Shown here piece after piece: positions 1 through 12,992 of a DNA stretch of 64,000 bases. The notes below the pieces were generated by a model, which was given only the letters and a program-made list of their open reading frames with translations, was not told the origin of the DNA and did no database searches. How positions within the stretch are numbered: the first letter of the stretch is position 1; each line of letters starts with the position of its first letter. Made by a program: the position numbers and the translations under genes. This DNA comes from Eledone cirrhosa (taxonomy: Eukaryota), in NCBI GenBank assembly GCA_964016885.1, contig OZ024746.1, positions 12,028,001 through 12,092,000 of the forward strand. The letters are read 5' to 3'.

Positions 1-1070
1 GTGGTGTTGGTGGTGCTGGTGGTAGAGGGGTGGTGGTGATAGTGCTGGTGGTGGTGGTAGTGGTGGTGGTGGTAGTGCTGGTGGTGGTGTTAGTATTCAT
101 GCTTGTGGTGGTGCTGGATGATAAGAGTAAGTTTTTTCTAGTCAATCTCTTGGGATAGGAAGTTTACTAAGATAGATAAATAGGTAGATAACGATAAAAC
201 AGTAAAATAAAATGTCTTAGATTAAGGAACCTAAATATTTTTAAAAATGTCTGCATTTGGCTTCTTTTAAGTGTACATCTTTGAGGTAAAATGGCTGAGT
301 GGATAAAGACAAGCTGTTGGCTCAGGAACAGTGGGTGCAAAACTATTGTGGATATTTTTGCTGTGTTTCTGAACAGGGCAGATTGTCTCATTTTCACTTA
401 ACTGTGAATAAATTGAATGGAATTCTAGACTATAGCTTCCATAAATGGAACTCAAGCTTCCGACTGCTAGCCTATCATCATCATCACTGTTATTAAAGAA
501 GTTGTAATACCTACCACAAATTAAAAAAATATTCTTTATTCTATAATGTCTGTTTTATTACCAGCCACTTTATCAGTATATTGGGTGCATTGTATCATGG
601 TGTCAACATTAGTAAAGTTACTTTGCTCCTACATTGCAAAAAATGTGCTCTCCATTCTATGTTGCCTGTTCTTTCAAGTCAAACATAGAGAAGAGTGTAA
701 TGTGAAGGGGAGTGGTGAACAAAAGGTTAAAAAGAAAGTGTGTGTGATAAGGAGGAGGAGGAACGGCTACATGTTGGTTGTTTGTAGGAGGGAGATTGAG
801 CAATAAAACTGTGCTACAGTAGCATAAAACTGGTGCTAGATAGCAACCAGAGAAGTGTGCTGGTGAACTGAAAAGTGTGATGTCAAGAGATGAATATGAG
901 CAAAAGGTAATGTGGGAAAATTATATGAGCCTAACTGCACATTTGATATAATGTTTAGAATTGACACAATAAGAGAAGATTTATGGCGTGAGAATAAAAG
1001 TAAACCCTCTCAGCAGGTTGTCTTGCACCTATTGACACAATTCTGGTTTGAATGTTGTACCATCATTTTC

Positions 1071-1256
1071 ATAATTGTTTCTACTTTTGGCACAAGGCCA
1101 GCAATTACCCAGTGCATTACTGGTACTTTATTTTATCGACCCCGTAAGGATGAAAGGCAAAGTTAACCTCGGCGGGATTTGAACTCAGAATGGCAAGGGC
1201 CGTAACTCTATACGTCAAAGCATGGCGTCCGACCCTCTACCGATACTGCCAATCCA
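1071..1256 (-). mobile_element. tRNA-derived SINE (family A), full length, short form
   Basis: Reverse complement has A box TGGCAGTATCGG, B box GAGTTCAAATCC, central gcctttcatccttacggggtcgataaaataaagtaccag and tail gtagaaacaattat. Confidence 0.88.
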
Positions 1257-2239
1257 ATCACTTGTTCTTACAGTCCTCTTGACTTTTATTTCAAATTTGA
1301 AAACAGAAAAAAACAACAACCCTATTTTTTTTCTGAAACATCTGGTTTCAAATTGTGATTTTAAGTTGTGTTTGTGTGTGAGGAAGAAGAGGAGAAACTG
1401 GGTAAATGCTGTAAGATAAATAAATAAGCTTGCTGAACCAAGTTTGATTTCTATCTTTGGCTATTTTATTTAGTTTACAAATGTTTCTGAGAAAGGCATG
1501 AATATCACAGCTATTTTTTTTGCCTCCATTCCATTCAAGTGAATCCTGAAAGGTGTATGGATTAATGTTATTTGTTATAAGGTGTGGAATGAATATTTTA
1601 TTATTGTACATAAGTCATGATACATATTGTAATTTTATCAATATACTTTTCTGTTTGTGAATAACATTACATGTAATTATGAATCATGAAGTGAATGAAA
1701 AATTAGGAAGGGATATATATTGGAAAACCCCCAATATTACCATAACATATATAACATATACATATTTCTCGGCTTATATACAAGTATATACAGTAAATGT
1801 GCTGCTCAGCTTAGACACTATCTTTCTAATGAAATAATACACTGCCTATATGTTACAATTAATTCTGAAAATAACCAAAACCTCAATAAAATAACTAAGC
1901 TAAATTATGATAAGAACCTTTAAATTATACTCTAAATATCATAACGAGAAGATTAGTCATATTACTACATCCTTCTGAATTCTTAATTATTTGAAAATTA
2001 TAGGCAGTGTCTTCATTAGAAATAGAGTAACAAAACAATTAAAAGAGCAGATGTAGCATAAGATTAGTTGCATTAAAGCCAGTGTGGGTTTTTGTTGTAA
2101 TAATGGTGGTGGTGATGGTGAGTGTTGTTGATTCTTCCTCTATATCGCTTTCTCACTTCCCCTCTCTCTCTCTCTTTCTTTCCTTCTCTGGAAGAAATCA
2201 GCTGTGTTTAGGCCTAGAGAGTGGATGGGCTCTGTCATA

Positions 2240-2458
2240 TTTAGCATTTAAACCGGCCATATCCGGACAGAAATCTCTCACCTATTTCTGTTCAAACGGA
2301 CCGTAACTGGCTACTTATACTGACATAAAGGTATTCTCAAAATAAAGAACATCAAAATCTTGTAGAATTGATATCATGTGAGATAATTATGCAAGATGAA
2401 GCCTTTACGATAAAGATACAATCATATATATAGAGTAATGTAAATGGTAAAGTGTTAA
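2240..2458 (+). mobile_element. piggyBac-type MITE family 1 copy (left TIR eroded)
   Basis: Shares the body tttagcatttaaaccggccatatccgg...gagataattat...gagtaatgtaaatggtaaagtg|ttaa with the other copies. Confidence 0.7.
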
Positions 2459-3224
2459 AGTTCCCAAAACACGCTGTATGTAATGACATTGCTCCTACGA
2501 CACCATCAGATGTTCTGGGCCATAGATAAACGGGTTAGTTACAGCCTTCCAAAATTTACAAGATTATGTAGTTCTAAATAGATGTTAACATAGATTCAAC
2601 AAAGCTATTTTATTTTATTTCAATTCTTTGCAGACATTTTTCCTCGCTCTCTATTTTCTCAGATACATGTCTTTATAGATTTCATGTTATTGTTATTAGA
2701 CATGGATTCTTTCCTTTCGGTTTGTTGAATGTCAAGGACAGCATTTAGAACGTAGCTTACTCTCAGGCCCCAAATAATAAGAGTGTGGTGGTGGTGGAAT
2801 AATGGGAGGGGGGATGGAAAACTCCGGTCCCAAATAATAGTGGTGTGGTGGTGGTGGAATAATTGGGTGGTGGTGGAATGGAAAACTCGGATCCCAAATA
2901 ATAGGAAAGGATGGTGGTGTTGGAAAATCGGTAATTTTTCTAGGTTGTCTCCCTTGATTTCTTTTAAAAAACAGAATTAGACGTTTAGTTTACATATTGA
3001 GACCCCCAACCAATCCTATTTATTTTATAATGTATGGGATTTCTTATAATGTTCTTTTTTTGTCATGTATAATGTTTTTTGATATCTAAAGAAAATTAAT
3101 TATCACAGGAATGCTACCACTTAAAAGAAAAATTTTGCAGGAGATAGATTAGTAAAATTTAATAAGCGGGAGAGGGGGATTAAAAGCAGGGTGTGGGGAC
3201 AATTAGTCGCGACTCAAGAGTAAT

Positions 3225-3480
3225 GTACTGGGATAATTGCTGGCCTTGTGCCAAAAGTAGAAACAATTATTATTGTTGTTATTATGATACACCTAAGGGT
3301 GGTGGGAATTGCAGACTCGTTTGAATAATGGACAAAATGTTTTGTGACAATTAGTTATGGTCCTTTACATTCTGAGTTCAAATCTTGCTGGGGTTAACTT
3401 AGCCTTTCATCCTTTCGATAGATTCGACTTTCTCTTCCCTCAAAATTGCTGGCCTTGTGCCAAAACTAGAAATGGTTATT
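3225..3480 (+). mobile_element. SINE family A: 3' fragment followed by a diverged copy
   Basis: gggataattgctggccttgtgccaaaagtagaaacaattatt, then ctgagttcaaatc...cctttcatcctt. Confidence 0.7.
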
Positions 3481-4774
3481 ACAATACTCTTAAATTGTTT
3501 TCATTTTTCAGTTTCTTAGCTTTTATAATAGGAAAGAGAAAGAATTAAAAACAAACAACCATATGAAGAACAAAACAAGAAAGAATCATTAGAGAAATGG
3601 CATCGAATTTAGTTAAACATGGAAATAAGAATAGAGTTAAGAAGTTATATTATTGTGTTCATAACATGTAATTTAAATGTTATTGTTGACAGTTTAAAGC
3701 ATTATAATACTTGACTGTGATGCTGCACAACAAGTTGGTAACCAAACAACAGATGACAACAATTACAACACAATAGCGGGGTGGGGGGTAGGATGTAAAT
3801 TATATTCTAAAAAATAAGCCAAGGAAAAAAACACCAAAAATGTGAAATGGCTTCAAAGATGAATTTTGAAAAGATTGCTGTTCAAACTACTTAACAGGGG
3901 AATCTCTCTCTCTCTGTCTGTAAGAACATCTGTATGTAACAGGGGTTTGGAGGTGGTCCTGTGTGTATGTAATGCATGTATGTGTGTGTGTGTCTACTTG
4001 TGTATTTGTGTATAACATCTGTATGTAACAGGGGTTTGGAGGTGGTCCTGTGTGTATGTAATGCATGTGTCATTATCTAAGTCTAAAAATTCATATATGT
4101 ATACATACCCCCCCCCCCTACAGACATATACACATACTTACACAAATACATACACACAGACATATGCACATAGACACATATACACACACACACAGGCACC
4201 CATACACAGCAATACACATGTACACACATACATACTCACATACATACTTACATACATGCACATACATAGCAATACACACACACACATTCACAAACTTAAT
4301 AAAAGTGCATAATTGATTATTTATTTTGCTAATTAGTTTTATTTTTATCCTTTAATTAATCTTTTTTTTCAACAGGATTTGTGTAAAAAAAAGAAATATT
4401 TTTGTTTTACATAGTTTTTAATTAATTTCTCTCCATTTTTTTTCAATTCCTTTTGTTTGATGTTGAATCTGAGAAAATACAATGAAGTAGCATTGTTATT
4501 CTCGGTTATTCTTCAAAATATCCATTCCAGAGTCACTGGTGGAGGTGGTGTTGGGTGGGGTGGGATGGATATATTGAATAGATGCCAATTAAATTAGCGA
4601 TTTAATTGCCTGCTAACTATCATACTGATAACTAGCTTAATAATGTTTGTAATTAATCAAAGAAGAAGAGAGAGAGACTCACACACACACACAGAGACAG
4701 AGAGAGACAGACAGAGTGGTGTTCGATGTGTCAGGAGATAATAGGCTTGAGTCTGATTATTAGATTCTTATATA

Positions 4775-4855
4775 TACAGGGTGTCCCAAAAATGTATACA
4801 CACTTTGATTACCTTTCTGTTAAAGTGTGTATACATGTTTTTGGGATACCCTGTA
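4775..4855. mobile_element. Tc1/mariner-type MITE (77 bp) with TA target duplication
   Basis: TA|cagggtgtcccaaaaatgtatacacacttt ... aaagtgtgtatacatgtttttgggataccctg|TA; about 30-bp TIRs beginning CAGGGTGTCCC. Confidence 0.8.
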
Positions 4856-5139
4856 TAAACCAACCCTCCAACTAGGCTTGTCTAGTGTGGTGGGTTTCTA
4901 GAAACCCACCAGGACAAAAACAAAACCTGTCAAAGACTGTATGTACCCAGCAGTGGGTCAACAGACACCTAGCATCATGTCATGAAGACATAGAAGTCCT
5001 TGATTTGGTAAATGAGTAAGAATTAACACCACTGGGCTGGTGGTCAAGAAGGGCATCTGGTCTTAGAGGACTTGCTATAAATGTCAGGACTGAAGCCATG
5101 CAAGCACAGAAATAACACACAACAAAAAACGACCATAAA

Positions 5140-5553
5140 AATGGTTTCAGTTTTAGGCACAAGGCCAGCAATTTTGGGGGAGGGGAAAGTCGATTAAATC
5201 GATCCCAGTGCGTTACTGGTACTTTATTTCATCGAACCCTGTAAGAATGAAAGGCAAAGCTAACCTTAGGGTCATTTGAACTCAGAACGCAAAGGGCCAT
5301 AACTCCATGCTGCAAAGCAGTGTCTGACCCTCTACCGATAATGCCAATCCACCAGATTTATGCACAAGGCCAGCAATTTTGAAGGAGGCGAAAATCAATT
5401 AAATCGATCCCAGTTCGTTACTAGTACTTTATTTTATTGACCCTGTAAGGATGAAAGACAAAGCTAACCTCGGCAAGATTTGAACTCAGAACGTAAAGGG
5501 CCATAACTCTATGCCACACAGCATGTTGTATGGCGCCCTACTGATACTACCAA
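5140..5553 (-). mobile_element. Two tandem SINE family A copies (long form)
   Basis: Two head-to-tail copies, each with a B box, the central domain and the gtcgattaaatcga segment. Confidence 0.85.
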
Positions 5554-5904
5554 TAATGATGATGATTCTCTCTACTGTATTTTCATTGTTCTATTTTATT
5601 CTAAATGATTTCTCCAATGTATCATAGCATAGGAAGTAAAACCATGGAAGAACTGGTCAATAATCTGGAACAATCTGGTCAATAATCTGGAACAATCTGG
5701 AACTGTTATTTCTCTTTCATATTTTCTACTCTATTTCTTTAAAAGTTTTTTTTTTGTGAAAGAATCTGCATCGATATGTCTAATATGTGTAATAATGCTA
5801 ACCATTGCTGTCATCTTTGAGGCTATTGTCACCATCATCATAATCATCACTACCATTATCATCATATCATCAAGGCTATCATCATCATCATAAGGAAAGC
5901 TGAT

Positions 5905-6060
5905 TAAATTGACTCAGTATTTCACTGGCATTTTATTTTATTGACTCTGGAAGGATGAAAAACAAAGTTGACTTTGGTGGGATTTGAACTCAGAATGTAA
6001 AGGGCAGGAACAAATACTGCTAAACATTTGTTAAATGCTGTAACAACTCTGCTAATCCAG
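5905..6060 (-). mobile_element. Diverged SINE family A copy
   Basis: aaggatgaaaaacaaagttgactttggtgggatttgaactcagaa. Confidence 0.65.
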
Positions 6061-6099
6061 TCTTCAAAGTGGTTGAGTATTCCACAGACATGTATTCCC

Positions 6100-6311
6100 T
6101 TAACCATCATTTAAACTGGCCATATCCAGTCAGAATTCTCTCACTTCTTTCTGTTCAAACCAGCTGTAATTGGCTGTTCATACTGATGTTGAGGTACTGT
6201 TCTCAAAATAAATAACATCGAAATCTCATAGATTCAATATTATGTGAGGTAAAGCCTTTACCATGAAAACATAATAGTAAATATAGAGTAATTCAAATGT
6301 TAAAGGGTTAA
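6100..6311 (+). mobile_element. piggyBac-type MITE family 1 copy inserted at TTAA inside another repeat
   Basis: TTAA at both ends, right end aaaggg|TTAA. The flanks rejoin into the repeat also seen at 8600-8745 and 27530-27720. Confidence 0.75.
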
Positions 6312-7862
6312 GGTAATTCTCAGGAAGATTCAGTGTAACACAATATGTGGCAAGGCTGGCCCTTTGACTTACAGGTGATTTTTGCTGGTTGAGTGAACCG
6401 AAGCAATGGGAAATGATGTGTCATGCTAAAGAACTACAACACACTGCCAGAAATCAAACTCATGACCTTATGGCTATAAACTGAACACTCTATCTACTAA
6501 GCCAGGTTCCTTGATAGTTGCTGAGAATAATGGTTGGCTAAGACATTAGAGATCTGTATTATCAGTGAAAGGGTAAATAGTTGATAGCTGATGTCTGTTA
6601 AAGTAGTTAGAGAGACAACACAGCTATATCACTGTCAGTCATATACCACACATCAATAGATACCCACGGGGAAACATCATTTCTGTGAGCAATGGAAGCG
6701 CTGTAAAAGTGATTAGAGATTTAGACAGTCTACTGGACACAGTCTACAGCTTGTATCTTATTATAAGTGCCAGGCTCATTAAACCTCTTTGAGAATTAGG
6801 GTGACACTTGCATAATATTAATTTCTGCATAATGAATGAATTTGTAAATTTAGGGAGTATTTGTCAAGACTAATTCTTATTTCATCAACCTTGGAAAGAT
6901 AACAGGTGAGAATGTGGAAAGTGAAAGATAAATACTTTCTAACACTCTGACATGTTTTTAAACTAAGGTGTAATGGCAGGTGGGTATGGTTAATATAGTC
7001 AATATTTGGTTAAATGGTGTGGTGGTGGCGGAGAGAAGGGAGAAACATGGTCAAGGGTTGAATTCCAGAAGAAAGGAGCAGTTTGAGTAGGAAGATTTGG
7101 GAAATTTGGTTACCATGGCAAATGGACTAAAGTGGAGTTGCTTATTTATGCTGTCAACATTCCATAAAGGAACAAGACCATTGTATTAATATAAGTAAGA
7201 TTTTATATATATATAATATACATATATATATGAGAGAGAGAGAGTTTTTTTTATTTATTTAGAGAAAGAGAGCAGATACAACTTGATAACATGTATATAA
7301 AAAAAGAATTAAAAAAATTGAATGTGAGGATATATTCTCCTATTCTCAACCAACAAAAATAAATATAAACCAGTTCATTGAGATAAAAATATTTTTTCTT
7401 TTCTTAAATTTTTTCCAATACAGGTTTAATTTTTCTGTATGTTTTCTCTATATAAAACTAAATCATGGTTTTTTTTTTAAAGCAAATAAACTATGCAGCT
7501 TGTTGCTGTTTGTATGACTGCTCTCTCTGGTATTTTATCAACTTGAGAATAGCAATGAAAGGTTAAGCTGACCCCAAGTTTCAACTTAGGCATTGTGAAA
7601 GACTGTAATATTTCTGTATGCCTGCCTGTTCATGCATATAATTATTGAATGTACAAATATATTGTTGATCACATACCCTCCATCTCAACTCTACTTTTGA
7701 AAAGCAGAAGAACTGCGAAACCGGTAAAGGAACCAAATAAATATATATATTTAAAAAAAAATAAGACTCCAGTTGCATTTTCGATTTCATCTTTTTTTCT
7801 TTATACTTTCACTCGTGTAGGACACCTCGGTTATTTTTCATTTTGATAAAAAAAAACCTCAC

Positions 7863-7916
<54 letters not shown>

Positions 7917-7919
<3 letters not shown>

Positions 7920-8048
7920 TGGTTACACAACAGTTAGTTCACCATACCGAGAACAATTGTTTCACCTTAGCGGATCCTCAGCTCGGAGGATCCGCTAAGG
8001 TGAAACAATTGTTCTCGGTATGGTGAACTAACTGTTGTGTAACCACTT
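7917..8048. repeat. Perfect inverted repeat (63-bp arms, 6-bp spacer); probable Penelope-like element terminal remnant
   Basis: 7917-7979 is the exact reverse complement of 7986-8048; spacer agctcg; contains the hammerhead motif. Confidence 0.9.
7947..7986 (-). ncRNA. Minimal type I hammerhead ribozyme motif (Penelope-like element type)
   Basis: Minus strand reads ccgag-CTGAGGA-tccgctaaggt-GAAAC-aatt-GTT-ctcgg. It has a 5-bp stem I (ccgag/ctcgg), intact CUGANGA and GAAA boxes, palindromic stem III (ACAATTGT) and a GUU cleavage triplet. Confidence 0.72.
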
Positions 8049-8165
8049 CTACCTAACTCATCCCATGGACTGAGTGCTCTACATCATCATCATCATCGTT
8101 TAACGTATATTTTCCACGCTAGCATGGGATGCCACTATGGATATTACCTTCCAGTGTTCTACCAC

Positions 8166-8197
<32 letters not shown>

Positions 8198-9873
8198 TAC
8201 ACACACACACACAGAATGATTCACCGCCACTACCACTATCATCATCATCATTTAACGTCCGCTTTCCTTGCTAGTAAAGGTTGTATGGATCATCATCAGA
8301 CTGGGTTGATACTCAATATGGAGGTAGTGACCCCATGGTGGGCAGGCATTCTGCATCTCACTTTCTGCACCCTATTGAGTTCTCAAACAGGCTGGCGGCT
8401 TGCAAGATTGCTTACATACAATCCCATGTACTATCAAGTGTGTTGTATAAATATATTGTTAGCAGGGAAAATTGACTTTACCAAAAAAATGAGTGACTGT
8501 ACAAATATATTGTTGATGATTTGAGGGATCCTCCATCATTAACCATGTACATTCAGCTGTTTGATCAGCTGTGCCACTTATTTGTTTAAATAATGTGTGA
8601 GTGGCTGAGTATTCCACACACACACACACACACACACATACATATCTTTAATGTAATTCTCTGGCCGAATCATATGAATCATAGAATCATACGTATCAGC
8701 ATGACGTAATATGAGACAAGCCTGGGCCTTTGAATTACAAATGCAACCCATCCTCCCCCCTCCCCTCCCCTCTCACTCTCTGGCATTTGTGTACTGTTGG
8801 TATAGAATTATACACACACATTGAACTAGTTAGCTCCACCACTGTGTGCTGTGTGTAACAATATATTTTTACAATCATATGTGTATATTGTTAATAATGT
8901 GTGTGTCCCTTCATACAACCACAAAACAGATAGCAGGCAAACACTATAGCTCACTCTGCCCTCACCAAAGCAATTTGGGAAGTTCTGACTAAAACTAACA
9001 TTTGATGCTGAATGTCAACAAATAGGAACTTAGTACACTATTTAACACCATTGCTTGAACTTTTAACTTTCTTCTTGGTGTCACATAGCTAACATAGTCA
9101 CAGAATGAATAGCTGTTAGTGCTGCTTATCACAGTTATTTACAAACCTCTAGTTTCCAGGTCCTTGTCAAAGTTCCTACAGTCTGAACAGGTGGATTAGA
9201 TATTCTTTTAGATTTAGGGTGCTGAGCTGTGTGTCTTTAACAGATGATAAAATCTTTGTCTATATTGACTCAGTATTATACCACCAGCTGGTTTATATGT
9301 GCCTCTCTATCATTACATAGATTTCATTTCAATGTGTGTCTACAACTAGCTTAATACGGCTACCTGGTTTTGTTTGTTTGTGTGTGTGTGTGAAATCAGT
9401 TGTTATTCAGGCTATATGTAGCTGACCAGTTTAGTACCAACATCTAGCTCGGTATATAAATATGTGGGAATAATGCATGCACATATATAAGCACACACAC
9501 ACATACATATACAAACTTGATAAACTTTGCTAGTAAACTAAAATAACAGTAATGTTCATGGTAAAATTAGTTGAATAATATTGGACTACTAACAAAGCAT
9601 TTTTGTTCATTTAATAAGGATTTAGTAATAAAATATTTAAAAAATTAGGTTTGTTAATTCAAAAATGTATAGTATCTTTACTAGTGGACAGATTTTTGTG
9701 AGAATTTGCAATATTAAAATCTTTAATTTTTAATGTGATAAAGTTACAGTGTTGTTTTACACTTTTCAAGAATATTTTGTTAATGTGGTCTCATGCTGTA
9801 CATATTTCTACAATATCTCAAATTTGGTGGAGATGGTGTATATAGGATTTTGACTGGTACTTGTTTTACTATC

Positions 9874-10100
9874 ATTATATTTATTTGGTAGTTCAAATCT
9901 CGCCGAGGTTGACTTTGCCTTTCATCCTTACGGGGTCGATAAAATAAAGTACCAGTAATGCACTGATAATTGCTGGCCTTGTGCCTAAAGTAGAAACAAT
10001 TATATTTATTTGGTAGAATCATTAAAACATCGGATTTACATTCTGAGTTCAAATCCTACCAAGTTCAATGTTTCCTTTCATCCTTCCAGAATTGATAAAA
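9874..10100 (+). mobile_element. 5'-truncated SINE family A with 18-bp TSD, inserted in front of an older copy
   Basis: attatatttatttggtag at 9874-9891 and 9999-10016 flanks the copy. Confidence 0.85.
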
Positions 10101-11089
10101 ATTTTGAAATTAGGTGTGACATTGAAAGCCAAATGAGCAGCATGTGGCTCGTGGGTCACAGTTTGCCTTTGACTGATATTGAGGCAAAATTTTAAGGAAA
10201 CCTTGTTTTCTAGATGAGTTTACTGATTATATCAGTTTTTATTCTTAATTTTAAGTTTGTCCCATTTGGCATCATTTGTTTATTTTAAGACTTTATGGAA
10301 ATTGGTAAAATTCCCCAACTTGTTTACTTGATATTCCCTCCTCCCTATACACATACACTCTCATAAAGTGACAGGGAACACGAGGTGGTAGTCAGGCTAA
10401 TCTACAACTTCTGCATGAATGCCCTTGAATTTTTCTTTGGTGAACGGGTAGGGACATTATTATTCCATTTCTGCACAGATTATAATCTCAATGGGGACAC
10501 ACAGACACAGACAGACCTACACATATGATTAGAGAAACATTTATTTACATGGAAATGTTATATCTATATATATTTATATGGAATGGGAGGATTAAAAAGA
10601 AAATTGGGTTCACCATATATTTGATTCCTTATAAAATTTCTGTCATATTTAAGATGTAAGAAATGTATGAAATCATATTATTTTTGTGGGGAGACTATAA
10701 AAACAATCATGGGTATTATAAGAATGTAGAATTTCAAGAAAAATGCATCCCAGAGTTCAACAGGAAACAATTAATTCACTGTAGTAGCTTCACAAGGATT
10801 TCAGTACTGGATAGTATTTTCAACAGAATACTGTGATTGACTCTATCAAAGGTCCTACTGATGTCCATTGACCCTATCAAAAGTCCTGCTGATATCCTGC
10901 ATTAGAGCCCTTTCCCAAAGCTTATAGAATACTGTAAAAGTTGTAAAAGTGGTGCAGAAGCTGTGTAAAGCAGTTTGTGCCATTGCAGGTATGTACCCTG
11001 CACCCAGTGATTTCCTCCATAAATTTACTAGATGCAAGTTAATGTTGGCATTCCTTCAGGACACTAGAATGTGTGTATGTGAATATAAA

Positions 11090-11214
11090 TATTTAATATA
11101 GAAATAGCTTCTACAGGATTAGAACTGTTTCATTCATATGAAATCACCAGAAATTCCTGATTTTATATGAATGAAACAGTTCTAGTCCTGTAGAATCCAT
11201 TTCTATATTAAATA
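11090..11214. repeat. Inverted repeat (57-bp arms, 4 mismatches, 11-bp spacer) with degenerate hammerhead core
   Basis: 11090-11146 versus 11158-11214. Minus strand reads cagga-attt-CTGGTGA-tttcatatgaat-GAAAC-agttctaa-tcctg. Confidence 0.8.
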
Positions 11215-12992
11215 GTGATGTTTTCGCTCTACTAATGTATTGAGTATCTTATTTACTGTGGTTGCCTCCCTGGTTTAACTAGGAATATATCTGCACGCAC
11301 GCACGCACGCTCTCTCTCTCTCTCGTTTGTGGCCCACATTATTGCAGGCTCACCCACACTGCTAATGTCCATGTGAAAGATATAAACATCACAAATCCCA
11401 TTTACTATATTGTTCTGACTGGTGTCCTTGTAACTCATCTGGGCAGATCCTCCTATATGATGAGTGGGTAATTATCTCTTATTTAATTGGACTAGTGTAA
11501 TGGAGACAAGATGTTTGGGAGGTGTTTATGTTGGGGGTGGGTTATGAATGTAAACATAGATATGTAGTCAAATTACAGATGTCCAATTTAACTGGAATGA
11601 CATCAAACGCAGGCAGATTGAATCTTTCTTGGACCAACACTATCTCATCTGTTTCTGTTCTGCCTTGCAACCAAACAGTGGCATGTGGCTGAATTTGGTG
11701 CCTTCTTCATCACTGGCCATTCTCCATGGCAATAACCTTTACCATTTTGTCTGCAGAGCACAGCTGAAATACTACTGAAACACAGCTCAGACTGGGATGT
11801 AGAGTCTGTCATTCCCCTTCTCCCTTTCTATCATTGTTTAATTCTTTTTTCTTTTCCTTTCTTTTGTCTCCTTACTGCCATGTATATTGCACAGTTTTCA
11901 TCACATTTTCTATATATGTAGTCAGAATTATGTAGCCAAAAAAAAAAAAAAAAAAATAGTTATCAGCTCTGATAAAACTGTATAAACTCTTTCTAGCATT
12001 AGATGTGTATGGTGTTATGTATATACTTGTGGACAGCTGGACAGGAATTTGTGAGGGAAATGTGTATAAAATCTTGTTTACATAATCAGGCAGATAATCT
12101 ATGACCAAAAAACATTGCTGCCATAACTATCCAATCTTCCTTTTCCAGACATTGTATCTAGGATCATATTATCCAATGTGTCCATTTTTAAAAAACAGTT
12201 GGTTAGGATTTGAAGGCTTCTTAAATGTTATTCTAGTAGGTTGATCAACTATGTAGAGGCTCCAGGATATAAACACAACTATATACACATATATATTCTT
12301 TCTTGTGTTACACAGCCACACAATAATTAGTCATTGCTGCCATTATAACTGCTAATTTACTACCACCATCCTCACTAATGACAATGGTTGCCTCCACCAT
12401 CATCCCCACTGGCACAATGGTTGTCTCCATCCCCACTAATGACAATGGTTGTCTCCATCTCCACCTCCACCACCACCACCACCACCATCCTGACACCATG
12501 GTTGTGTCCACCATTACCACCATACATCATGACCAATCAATTATCTAATGGAATTATCTGCTGATTGTACCAATTCTCCTTTTACCACACCCATTGATAA
12601 CACCACTACAGCTGCTAACACCACAGCACCACCACTACCACCACAACCACCACCATTGCCACAAACGCCACAACTATCTCTACCACTGCTACTGATGGCA
12701 TCACCATTCTCACCACCACCACCATTGCTGCCGCTGCTGCTGCCACCACCACCACCACCACCATGACCACCACCATCACTATCAGCACCACCACCACCAC
12801 TACATCATCTGAGGCAATCCATTGTAACCTGTCAGATCCTCTCTAGGGGTATAGGTAATCAAGAGTTAATTAAAGCTTATTCAGCTAATTGATCATCTCT
12901 AATGAGGCATTTTTGGTGTGAGTAGAGTGGTGGTGTTTTATACTTGGTTCGAATAGTGGTGTTATATTGTGTGTGTGTGTGTGTGTGTGTGT

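Noticed and set aside
7048-7086. WSRVEFQKKGAV, spaced like the DOCK exon 1 peptide WxPTExEKYGVV
   Set aside because: No in-frame ATG after the upstream stop, no phase-1 GT donor at the needed position, and an immediate stop codon.
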